From Gnetum montanum (taxonomy: Eukaryota; Plantae; Gnetophyta), in the NCBI GenBank assembly GCA_015680685.1, contig MNCI01003108.1:310492-374491 (forward strand): a DNA stretch of 64,000 bases, read 5' to 3'. Below the pieces are notes generated by a model. The model searched no databases. It had not been told where the DNA came from and saw only the letters and a list, made by a program, of their open reading frames with translations. Shown here in pieces: positions 1-10,730 of this stretch (positions are counted from its first letter, which is position 1; every line of letters begins with the position of its first letter). Made by a program: the position numbers and the translations under genes.

Positions 1-180
1 TTCAATGTAAATTTAAGCTAAGTCAAAGTTTTACAATGATGTGAAATAATCTTTATCTTTATTGTTGTTCATGCAATGTAACCAAATACATGGTACTAAG
101 ATAATCATTTCAAATCATGTTGCAAGTATTCCTTAATTGTTCTAGGTGTTACAAAATCAAATTGCAAGAGTTTTGCTAAG

Positions 181-306
181 ACATAATATTGCTCATCAAA
201 GATGAATGATGACATAAACACAAATGCATTGACATAGGTGATCCTACATTGACATTGATGCATTGACATGATTAACATAGTATTGCTCATCAAAGATGAA
301 TGATGA
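181..306. repeat. Short direct duplication (~32 bp, 94-bp period)
   Basis: ACATAATATTGCTCATCAAAGATGAATGATGA at 181-212 and ACATAGTATTGCTCATCAAAGATGAATGATGA at 275-306. Confidence 0.85.
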
Positions 307-859
307 AAAAAAACTTAGATAGCTAACCTTATTTGATTGGAACAAAGCTACAATGATGGTGAGAAAACCAAATGAAAAATAATAGTTATAACATAAATGA
401 TCTAGCTTGAGAGAGTAGGAGAAGGTAGAGCCTTTCTTCAAATGGACCATATGCCTTCACGAAAAAGTTCGCAAGAATGGCCAATTACCACATTATAAAA
501 GTTTACGAATGTGAGGAACAACCTATGTCCACCTTTTACCATGATTAAATGATACCGTCAATCTTACGTACTCTTCCCTTCTCACATACACATGCATGCA
601 TGCTCTAGTGTTAGTAGTGTTTTTCTTTTTCAACCGGAATAAAAAAACCCAAAAGAAATGAGGAGACCGATACAAGCAGATCATGACATCTACGAATCTT
701 GCACCCACCTTTCCTCTCTCTCTCGATTCTCGGTCCGAATAAACGCATTTCAAAACATTCAATTCAATTCAATAAAGTGTGTTGGCGAGCCATCCAAATC
801 CTAGAGATCTTAAAAACCAGGAGGCAAGGCACCAAAAACGAGCACGGCCTCTAATCAAA

Positions 860-1950
860 CACTGATACAGGAGCATGCCACGGCCACATGCAAACGAGCG
901 AAAAAAAAACCAAAAAACCAAAAAACGAAACGAGCAGGACGTGGGCAAACCACGTGGCCAGACGTTGGCTGCTGGGTTGTTGCCACGTGGATCGAACGGG
1001 GCCGAGTCCAAGCAGGAGAGCTGCCAATCACACGGCGACGAACGTTAGAACCCCCCATTCCCTTGACTCCCGTGCTGTTGCCAGTCACAAACACACCAAC
1101 CGCGTAGACAGTCTCTCCCTTGCAACTGGTCCCTGCCCTCCTATTTTCCACGTATCTTTACTGTTTGGCGGTTTGTTAATTAATTACTAAATCCGGGGAG
1201 TGGAGCGCGAGCGCAGGCGCAGGTGGTCAAACTCTATATATCTGCTGTCGGTCACGTCGCAGCGGCGTGCTCATCGTTTAATAATAATAATACTATGTTA
1301 TTGTTTGGCTGAGATTATTAGGGCATGCAGATCCAACCTTTCACACGCGTAAAAGTAAGCCAAAGAAGCCCCTCCTGTTGTTGTTGTTTTCGTTCTTCCT
1401 CCGTTGCCTTGACCCACGAATTAAATTTTTACTGATCCCGCTACGGCCAACAATAAACGCGGCCGTCTCAGTTCACCCGGTCCACGATTTCTTTTATTTG
1501 AAAGCGCTTGTTTCTTGTTTTTCAGGTTTTGCAGTTCTCTCTTGACTGCCTGCGGTCCTATTTTGACAACCCAAAAGTCGTTCCGCCACGCTGTTGGACC
1601 GTGGAGCATGCGTTATTTACGGGTCTCAAAATTCTGGGGTTTTGGTAAATAAAGTGGACCATGGGAATGGTGTGGATGTGAATGGAGGAGCATGAGCATG
1701 CATGCATGCATGTGATGCATGATGATAGCTCCACCACAGGCCAACGGAAACCATGTTGTTCGCGTGGGCCCCGGCGCTTTGATTGCCAGGATCCGTGCAT
1801 GGCAGCGCCAATGCCATGCCATCCAAGATAAACCTTTGCGTTTAGATCCAAATCTATGATTGTTGGAAGGTTGAAAAGTGGTAATTATTTGCTTCACATT
1901 CATGCAAAAGAGCAGGCATGCTGATAATCGGCTGGACGTCGAATCATGCT
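860..1950. promoter_or_regulatory. CpG-rich non-coding island with G-box/ABRE, RY and TCP-type motifs
   Basis: CACGTGGC 951-958, GCCACGTGG 982-990, (CATG)4 RY run 1697-1712, GTGGGCCC 1764-1771, TATA-like CTATATAT ~1234. CpG is retained, unlike the AT-rich flanks. No credible CDS. Confidence 0.45.
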
Positions 1951-2549
1951 TCAATTCTTCATCATGTAGCTATATCATAGCTTAGCCAATGGCGTGCTGG
2001 TCAAGAGGCTAAACCCTGTGCAATGTCAAATTCTTGCAAGCAGATTGTTACCATGTACATTGGTGGCTGCTGCTTTCATGGGTTCAATAGTCAATGTCTC
2101 ACCTCATGGTTTTTAACTTTACACTTCTTTGGTGGATGCAATAATAGAGAAACGCATAAGCCTTTTTCATGACACCTTGTCAAGATTGGTAATGGCGTGT
2201 GACTTATCATTAAATTTCTAGTTTGAGGCTAGGTTTACACGAGATGGTTGTGGTTGTGTTGGTAAATTAGGTAAGTGCAATGAGATTATGAGTAAGTGTG
2301 TAAGAACCTTCAACTTCAAGGTGAATTTTTACATCCTTGCTTACAATACACATTATCGTTATTTGAATATATAGCTTATATAGGATGATTACATTGGTGT
2401 AAGCTTGAATCTCTATGTTAAATATAACAACTCGTGCGTATGGGCTTCACTGTGAAAACTATTTACAGCTTTAATCATTAAGAGAGTTTACCTTGCACCT
2501 TTTTAAGTTATCTCACCTAAAAGCTCAACTATCTAAAAAGGATGATAAA

Positions 2550-3343
2550 CCATATATTAGGCCTATATTTATTTTATAGGGAATTCATAATTAAAATTAC
2601 ATTCCACTTAACTTTTATATATACTATTTGCATATAATATTGTGTTAGTGGACACTTCTTCAAAAAATATTGTTTCTAAAACGGAGATATGCTCTATAAT
2701 CAAATGATTTAAAAATTAGTGGAATTAAGATAGAATATATAAAATACAATTTCATAACAATATAAACAATGGTGAAATAGAAGTGACAAGTCAAGGCCAA
2801 AAGGTCCCTCATTACAAATAGTTTTATTTCCTAGGATCAATGCTCCAATAAGATGGTGAAATTAATAAAAGATATAAGAAATAAGATTAACAAAAAATGA
2901 TCAAGGTGGAGAAAGAATTTAAATAAAGCTAAAGGAAAAATTATACAAAACAATAAGGTCTCCTATCTTATATAGTGTTGAATGTTGAGCAATACAAAAG
3001 AGGTATGGATAATAAATAAGTGTGGTAGAAACGTGAATGCTTAAATGGATGTTAAATGTTACGGGAAGAGATAAACTACACAATCTAAACATTTGAGGCA
3101 AACTTGGAGTAGCTTCTATTTAGATAAATTATATAATGAGGCTATAAAAAAGGTTGCTACATCACTATTCCATGAAAGCCATCGAAATAAAAACCAAAAA
3201 AGACATGAGAAAAAATGATTGAATATGATCTAAAACATTTTTAAATAAGCAAAGATTTAATTCTTCTTAAATGTGAATGGTGAAAACAAAACACTCATGT
3301 AGCAAACCCCATTTTGTTGGGATAAGGCTAGGATGATGATGAT
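2550..3343 (+). mobile_element. 5'-truncated, decayed RTE-clade LINE (RT C-terminal half and 3' tail)
   Basis: Broken frames give YILFAYNIVLVD (cf. MLFADDIVLVD), FYFLGSMLQ*DGEINKDI, KLYKTIRSPILYSVEC*AI, VVET*MLKWMLNVTGRDKLHN. Ends in the plant RTE 3' signature GTAGCAAACCCCATTTTGTTGGGATAAGGC plus a (GAT)n tail. Confidence 0.8.
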
Positions 3344-3409
3344 CATAATATGATTAAGTGCTATGTTAGCTATATATCTAGGCATACATATAGTCATCTA
3401 GTTTTAGTT

Positions 3410-4750
3410 CAATAATGAGGTGTTAACCTAGCAATAAGACTCTTGATTTGAAAGTTCCAAGTCATGGGTTTGATTCTGGTGCATAATGCTAAGTTATGAA
3501 GTTTTAATTAGACTATATATTGTTAGAATTTTTTTTTCATTTCCCCGTCACCCTAGCAACCACTTATATTCATAAAGTACCAATGAAAACATAACTTAAC
3601 TAATAAGCTTACCCCAAACTTGAACTTGTCAATGTGTTCATAAAGTGCCAATGATAACATAACTCAACTAAGAAGCTTATTACTTTCTACTTGACAAGTT
3701 GCAAGCTTAAGTTATGCATAAGGCACCGCAATGTTGTACATATGTTCTACCCAAGTTTTTAGGTGATTGTATGCCCTAGTTGTACATGGAGTTTTGGTTC
3801 TAATAACCATGCAAAAATCATTGTTGGAATTTTCAATGTAAATTACACACCATGAATTGGTTATGAGCTAGTATATAAGCATATTAGCATTATTAGGCTA
3901 TGGTCAAGATACTCATTTCTTAGAAGAAAGGTTGTGGGTTTAATGCTTGGCTTCATTTACACATAGGGTAGTAGTGGAGTAGCCCTTGGGTGGGACACTC
4001 TTATGGTGGGTTATACTTACCTTATTGTAAGGGTAAAAGCAAAGGTTATGCTACCAACCTTGAGTTTCCCATGTGTGCGCATGTGTGTATATGGCTATGT
4101 AGCTTATACTCTACTTTGCTCAAACACTATAATTTCAATAGCTTGTTGAGAGTCAACACCTTCGTTATATTCATAAAAATGTTACAAAAGTTTACCAAAA
4201 CATTTGCATGTGATAAAACTCAAAATATTAGAGGTTGTTGGAACTTGAAACACTTTGTAAAATAATATTTACCTCCAAGACATATGGTCTAATTAGAACT
4301 TTATAGCTAAGTATTGCCCACCAAAATTGAGCCTATAACTTGGACTATCCAAGTCAAGAGTCTTACCACTATGCTAACACCTAAGTATTTATCAAGTTGG
4401 TGAGATGTAGTTTCCTTTTCAAAAAGGCATAGTTCACTTGGTTTAAGCATGTGTCTTGTGGTCTTGTAAGTCATAGATTCAATCCCAAAGGAGATGTTGA
4501 AGCATAGTTATGTTTCACTTAAGCTTTACCCAAGTATTGATATTGGTTGTTGGCTTGGAAGTACAAAAATTCATAATTCAATTTTGATATAATGAGGTGT
4601 TAGCCTAGTGGTATGTATGGGTCTTGGCCTAGGAACCCTATGTCATAAGTATGATTCTACTATGTAGCATCGAGTTATAAACTTCTATAAATCTTGGGGT
4701 GTACCTATGTTTCACTTATCTTAGGTTCTAATACACCCCATAATTCAATT
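3410..4750. mobile_element. Cluster of decayed tRNA-derived SINE-like/MITE fragments
   Basis: Related ~70-bp units with degenerate A-box (GGTGTTAGCCTAGTGG) and B-box (GGTTTGATTC) at ~3415-3485 (+), ~4312-4385 (-), ~4591-4670 (+); internal 68-bp-period repeat at ~3569-3680. Confidence 0.45.
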
Positions 4751-5475
4751 TTGATGATCTTATAAATATTAATTTACCAACAATCAAGGCATGCAAATAA
4801 TGAAACAATCACAAATAGATAGAATCTTAGGCTCTCAATATAAGTGAGTTGTGAAAAAGACTCATACAATGAACCCCATAGTGCGATGACGATGTTAAGA
4901 GACAGTGGAAGTGCCATAATCTAAACTATTTTGTTATATATACATCAAGATAGATACCCAACATGATATTTTTTGTAGAACTCTCATAGAAAGTATCATT
5001 ATGTTAGATTAGTATAAAGGATCATTACATGGATGCTCAATGCTCATCTGGGGTCTTAGGAGGGTTAGTAGATGAGTGAAAACCTAACTTCTTTCAAGTG
5101 GCTATACCCAAACTTGAACCCAAGTCTCATGGCCTGAGCAACAAGTAATAATTGTAACTTTGAATTAAACCTATCATTTGCAAATCACAAGGTAAAGTGA
5201 GCAATGGCTCGCTAGCAAAGTTATGATGATAACAATATAACATACTTGTTATGCTAATTAAAGGTGGTTCAAGTAATTAATTCATTGTAAACATAAAATA
5301 ATAATAATAAAGATTTGCAAGCAAGAGGTTACCAGCTTGAATCACACTTTAAATATTATTATATTCATTTATAATTCTCAACGCATATTATACTAGTGAT
5401 ATTTTTTAAGATGTACCTTTAGGCAAAGTCTTTATTATAGTTAGCAATGATTGCAACATCACAAAAACATTGTTT

Positions 5476-5612
5476 TTCTCCTAATTGAAATAGATGCTTC
5501 ACATTTGTAGTTGTTAGGTGAAGTTCTCCTAAATGCTTCACATTTGTAGTTGTTAGGTGAAGTTCTCCTAATTGAAATAGTTGCTTCACATTTGTAGTTG
5601 TTAGGTGAAGTT
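5476..5612. repeat. Tandem repeat, three copies of a 39-48 bp unit
   Basis: TGCTTCACATTTGTAGTTGTTAGGTGAAGTT occurs three times, with variable CTCCTAA(TTGAAATAG) linkers. Confidence 0.9.
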
Positions 5613-6109
5613 ATTTCTTACTCGTTAGTTGTTTTCAAGGATCACCATAATTATCGCTTGTCTTGAAACCCATGTGGGATACCTTCAAGAATGACATAGA
5701 GAGGCATTAAGTTTGACTCCTCGTTGAATAGTTCCGACAAGCAAGAGAGTCTCACCAGTGAGTTGGCTCAAGCCTTGCAGAATTATCTTGAATTACTAAT
5801 GCTGACTTTATACATCACCAAATTCCAAAAGCATATGAAGTTTAGAGCATCCATTCATGAAGAATCCTGCCTTAATTCCTGCTTAGCGAAAAGGCCAATA
5901 AACATGGTCCTCACATTTCCACTTTGACAACGGATGTTTTAAAATGATGACGCCTTATCCACGACACGCCGTCAGCGGGGTTTTGGAAATTCAGCGAACA
6001 GACTCGGAGCACAGAGAAAATAGTGAGAAGGCAATTTTCCCGTGGTTAGCAGTGGTTTACCCAAAAAACAAAAACCAAATTGTTAATCGGAATTAGCTGT
6101 GGCAGTGAT

Positions 6110-6500
6110 GACTGGGATCACGCATGCATGCGATGGCATTATAGCATGCGATGGCGAACCATGATCGAATGGCATGGTGCCGGCGGTGGTGGTGGTTGGG
6201 GGAGCGATGGCTCCTGCTGGTGGGCCCGCACCATGTACTTGCGGATGCGACCGTGGATCCCCAAGGCTCATGGGGCCATGGCCCTCCAACATACCATGCC
6301 ATGCCATGTCGTGTCGACATGCCATCGCGGGCCCACGGGAGACTGGCCACGTCATCCAACGACGAGTGGCGTCCAGCCATGTGGCCTGTGGGGCCACGCG
6401 CCAAGCGTGGGATTGACCTTTGCGTGGAGAAATGCCTTTCCCGCCTCGGAAACGGAGCCTCCAAAGGGATCGTGGCCGCCCTTATAAGTACCCCTCCCCA
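6110..6500 (+). promoter_or_regulatory. Proximal promoter of the DUF740-like gene
   Basis: TATA-like CTTATAAGTA ~6482, about 280 bp upstream of the ATG; TCP site-II-like GTGGGCCC, GGGCCCAC, GTGGGGCCAC; GCCACGTCA; many CATG/RY-like motifs; GC-rich. Confidence 0.55.
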
Positions 6501-6766
6501 CAATTCCCTGCCGGCGTCCCGCTCCCGGTAAAAAGACCGCTCTCACAGTCGCACCAAACGGCTGGACTGGCTGCTATTCCATATCACGCGCGACCCCTTC
6601 TGTATTTCGTTGTAGCTGCTGCTGCTGCTTCTTCTTCTTACGTTACGGTTCCGACAACAACAGAGATCATTGTTCGATTTCTGTGTTTCCATCTGAAGAG
6701 AGAAGATCGCTTGGCTTCTGTCTGCGTGCGTGCGTGCGTGCGTATTCGCTCTCCGTGCTCTGCAAA

Positions 6767-7780
6767 ATGAAGGAAAAACAGCAGAAAGCAAGGCAGAGCA
6801 CGGTGGCAAAGCAGGCGGCGGTTCCGGCGGAGGATTTGGGCGGAGGCGGGATGTTCTACAAGCGCTGCAGGCGGCATCCGTGGATGAAGTCCCCGGGGCC
6901 GTGCCCGCCGTGCCTGGCCGCTCGCCTGGAGAAGCTTCTCTGCCAAGACTGCGGCGAGCGCCGGATTTTCTCCGACGATTCCTGCTGCTGCTCCTCCGAG
7001 GCCGCCACCACGTCGTCTCTGTCGTCCACGAATCCTTCCACTTCGGCAACAAACCCTTCTAACAAGTCTAAGCCCGCGGCCGGCAGCTCCTCCACTCCGC
7101 CCGCCGCGGCCTCCGCCGGCGCCGTCGAGGTCGGCAGCGTCGGCAGGATCTCCACTCTCATCGACAGCGACCGTCCGACCGCCGCCGAGCTCGACGCCGC
7201 CGTGGCCTCTGCTGCGGCTACGTCGGCGGCGGCAGCGGCGTCGTCCTCGTCTGCGACGGCGCCCTCGCAGTCGTTGTTCTGGCGAAGCAGATCTGTGGCG
7301 CTGAACGGCTCGCGGATTTCGTTTGCCGTAGACGTTCCGAACCCTAGTGTGCCGCCGAAACCCTCGCTGAAGAGCTCGGCGTCTTATTCTGGATTCTTCG
7401 GATTCTGGAAGAAGAAGAAGAGCAAGAGCCGAGAGGATTCCGATAAGGAATCTACGGCGTCCGCGGCGCCGGCGCGGCGGTCGGATTTTGGCGTGCTCCC
7501 GTCGCGGCTGCTGCCGAAGTCGCGCTCCGTGACCGCGGAGCGCGAGCGCAAGAGCTTCTCGGCATTCGGCGGCGACGGAAAGGGTTTCAAGAGCAACAGC
7601 GTCGTGTCGCCGTCGCCGTGGGAGGAGAACGGCCACGCCAACGGCAAGGGCGTCGGCGCTGACAAGCCGAAGAAGAATGCTTGGACGAGAGCGTTCTCAG
7701 GGCCTATCAAGGCCATTCGCCGCTCGCGCAGCCGCAGGCACGATTCTTCTTCTCCGCTTGTGGATCTGTCTAGAGGATGA
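6767..7780 (+). CDS. Intronless DUF740/OCTOPUS-like plant protein, 337 aa
   Basis: ATG at 6767 in AAAATGA context. N-terminal CRRHP...GPCPPCLAARL motif (CxxHP...CxxCLxxRL of DUF740-like proteins), then LCQDCGERR...SCCCS and VEVGSVGRIS as in an uncharacterised angiosperm subclade; RSRSV motifs, KKKK basic patch, Ser/Ala-rich linker. Confidence 0.85.
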   Translation: MKEKQQKARQSTVAKQAAVPAEDLGGGGMFYKRCRRHPWMKSPGPCPPCLAARLEKLLCQDCGERRIFSDDSCCCSSEAATTSSLSSTNPSTSATNPSNKSKPAAGSSSTPPAAASAGAVEVGSVGRISTLIDSDRPTAAELDAAVASAAATSAAAAASSSSATAPSQSLFWRSRSVALNGSRISFAVDVPNPSVPPKPSLKSSASYSGFFGFWKKKKSKSREDSDKESTASAAPARRSDFGVLPSRLLPKSRSVTAERERKSFSAFGGDGKGFKSNSVVSPSPWEENGHANGKGVGADKPKKNAWTRAFSGPIKAIRRSRSRRHDSSSPLVDLSRG

Positions 7781-10686
7781 TAGGTCTTAGGAGAATCGTC
7801 GAATCGGCGTTCTGTGTTTTTTTCTCGGGATGTTTGCCCTCGATGGAACTCTTTTTCGCTAATGTTGTACAGCATACGGAAACACACTGTTGTATTGAAA
7901 TCCTAATCAGACAAAGGTGCCTTCTTGTACTCTAATCGCAAATTGGACGAAAATGGATCACTGCTTCACAATTTATTCTGAGAGTGCTAAGTTCCTGTGA
8001 CTTGATGTGGCGTAATTCATGCCGTTTTGTTTCCCTTTCTCCGTTTTCGCGCCCGTCGTTGATTATTTTGGAAGTCAGTTTATTTGCTGAACTGTTTTTG
8101 CTCTGAAATTTAATCTCTTGTTTTCAATTGTCTTGTAGTTGTATCTGCTCGTGTTCGATTATAAGCTGGGGTACAGTTTAGCAGTGTTCTCGATCCAAAT
8201 TTTCCTAAAGTTTTTCAGTTGAAAGTTTAGTTAGCCTTCATCTGATGTTTCGTAAATTCAATGAAGCCTAATTGCTGACGACTAGAGCTTTATGTAAATG
8301 TTTCGAATTGCTGTAGAATTTAGTTGTCTGCACGGTTACTGGGACAAGGAGCGTCCTCCTACTCTTGAGAAAGTGAATTGTCAGAGAACATCTATTGATT
8401 TTTGAAAGTGGACTACAGTGATTCAATGTATCCGAATTCAGATTGGATTTGTGATGCACTGAGAATGTGTTTTCGCTGATCTGTCTGCAGTCTTGTTCCT
8501 TCCCTAAACTAGAACTTGCATTCTTTGAATCTCTAGCACTGTAAACACATCTCAAGGGCGAGAACAGGATATTAGATAGGGAGCTGTTCACAGGCAGAAG
8601 TTTGTCGGAGCGATGAGCTCCAGGGCTTTTGTTTATAAGTTGAATTTGACTCTATCGGTATGGGAAGCGCTGAAACCCGGATGATGTCTCTGCAATTGTT
8701 ACAGGTTGCTGGAGCCTGGACCCCAGGCCTGAAGTGAGAAGTGGAAGATGCAGCGCTTCAAGTTAAGGTCGGGGTGTCCGTCGTTTTCGAATGATAATTG
8801 TTGCCAGAAAGTCGCCGCGGGCAAACCGTACCGGTAAGCTTCCATGGAAGCGAGCGGGTTTTTTGGAGTCACGGTTTTTTATTATTATCAGTTTCGTTTC
8901 AAAGGCGCTTATGGCCCACCAGTACCTGACAACTAGGCAAATTCCGTAGGCATGGTCTACGTGAGAGAGAGTGTGCTCCGGCCTTGGTCACATGGGAGTC
9001 CACGTGCTGACCCAAAACGGCTTGGTACAACGGCACATGTTTGGGCCCTGCGACGAATTCGGAAAACCGTCACGGACTTCTGAATTTTTTCGACAGTGAC
9101 ATGGAGTTATCGCTACTAAGTACACGGCCTGGTGCATGAAAGCGGTTTTTCGTGGGCGAGGTTCTTACGGTTTGGCGGTTTTTGCTTGGCAGTGTTATCG
9201 TTTGTTGGCGGTATTATTGTGTCGGCGGTTTTGTTTGGGCAGTATTTTGGGGCCGGGACAAGGTCGCTGACATAGGGCTTTTCGTGGCTGGGTTGTTTTG
9301 GACAGCGCCATTCTTGGGTGTCCTGTCTCATGATTGTGAGGTGGAGAGAATTTATTCCATCGTTTGGTTCTAGTAGGAGCGGAGGCGACAGTTCTATTCG
9401 GATATTGATCGATAACAATGTAATTTATCTCGACGTTTTTTTTTTCGTTTTTTCAAACAATATTTGGAATTGGCTTGTAGGCAGTCAGCTTGATGCTCTA
9501 TTTAACAAGATGTTACATCGCAATCTACGAATTGAACAAGATGTTACCATCGATTTGTACCGTTGAAAATGTCTTTTAGAGGGGGCCTTGTAAATTTTTA
9601 TATCAAGCTGAAATTTTTGTAAGCAGGCATTTTGATTACAATGAGATAATCACGTTCAGATAATCTCAGAACGTGAGACTGGCGTTATTTGCATAATTGA
9701 AACTGAAATTTTATTTATGTCCATAATACTTTCTCCATTGGTTTTTTGGATCAATTTCAAAATTCCTTATACAGAATTCTGAGTTGGGTTTCCAGGTCAT
9801 GGCTTTATTATTACTTTGTTTTCCCAATTTCAATTTCATGATTTTGTCCTGAAAAATTTACTACAGATTTTTACTTATCAAACAATAAAACAGTCTCTTT
9901 ATAGTAATTTGCTATATTCTAAGTTACTTGTTAACTCATTTGCAATTGAACTCATAACGTTGTAAGAGTTTTTTAAGTTAAAGCTGTTTGGCTTGATGAT
10001 ATAAAAAGCCCCTTTTCCTCTCAGCATGTGTAATTGTTAAAAGAAATGCTTGTTCATTAATAGGATTCATGGTTGAAAATAACCTTCTTTCCTATTGACA
10101 AGGTCTCATTTGTGCTAGTTGTAGTTAAAAGTATTGCTCTTTTGAAACTATGATTAATGGTTAAACTCTTCATCATTTGCTTGTTTTTTTCAAATAAAGT
10201 GATGCGCATCACCTTTCTAAGAATTAGAGGATAGTGATATGTTCAACTTACGATTTCATGTCTCATGGTTTATGGGTTTTAGCTAGTGGTTTATTGTCTT
10301 GTTAGGCAAGAGGGTGTGGGATTCCTTTATAATTCTTCTAATGTATTGCATTGGCTGTATGTTATAAGGTGTACCTATAGTCAAATTATGTTTGAAGATG
10401 CTTTGATTCCTTATTTTGATTGCTAGTTTTTCACAGATCTTAGACTTTCATAGTTGATTTCTACTTAGGGCTTTTAAAAATTTCAATTTAAAAAGAATAT
10501 ATAAAAGATACATAATTTTTAAGCAAATAAAAATAAAGGCACATATATATTTTTTGAGCAAACAGACATCAAGGCTACTAGCACAACCTTATTAAGCAAG
10601 GGTATCCTACTACAAGGCTACATCATTGTTGCCATGTTTGTGAGTGGAGGCAAGAATTGAACCTACAACTTCCCAACTAAGAGATA

Positions 10687-10730
10687 AGAGAGAGAGAGAG
10701 AGTGTGTGTGTATATATATATATATATATA
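10687..10730. repeat. Compound microsatellite (AG)n(TG)n(TA)n
   Basis: Visible directly in the sequence. Confidence 0.95.

Noticed and set aside
1-520. Short minus-strand ORFs at the window start
   Set aside because: No recognisable domain; they share sequence only through the local 32-bp duplication.
860-1950. Conserved miRNA precursor
   Set aside because: No match by eye to miR156/160/166/171/319/390/408 and no long fold-back seen.
3410-4750. tRNA genes
   Set aside because: Only degenerate A/B-box heads with no closable cloverleaf; SINE-like remnants.
6638-7636. 332-aa antisense ORF and other ORFs overlapping the DUF740-like gene
   Set aside because: Arg/Gly-rich shadow frames expected from high-GC coding sequence; no recognisable motif.
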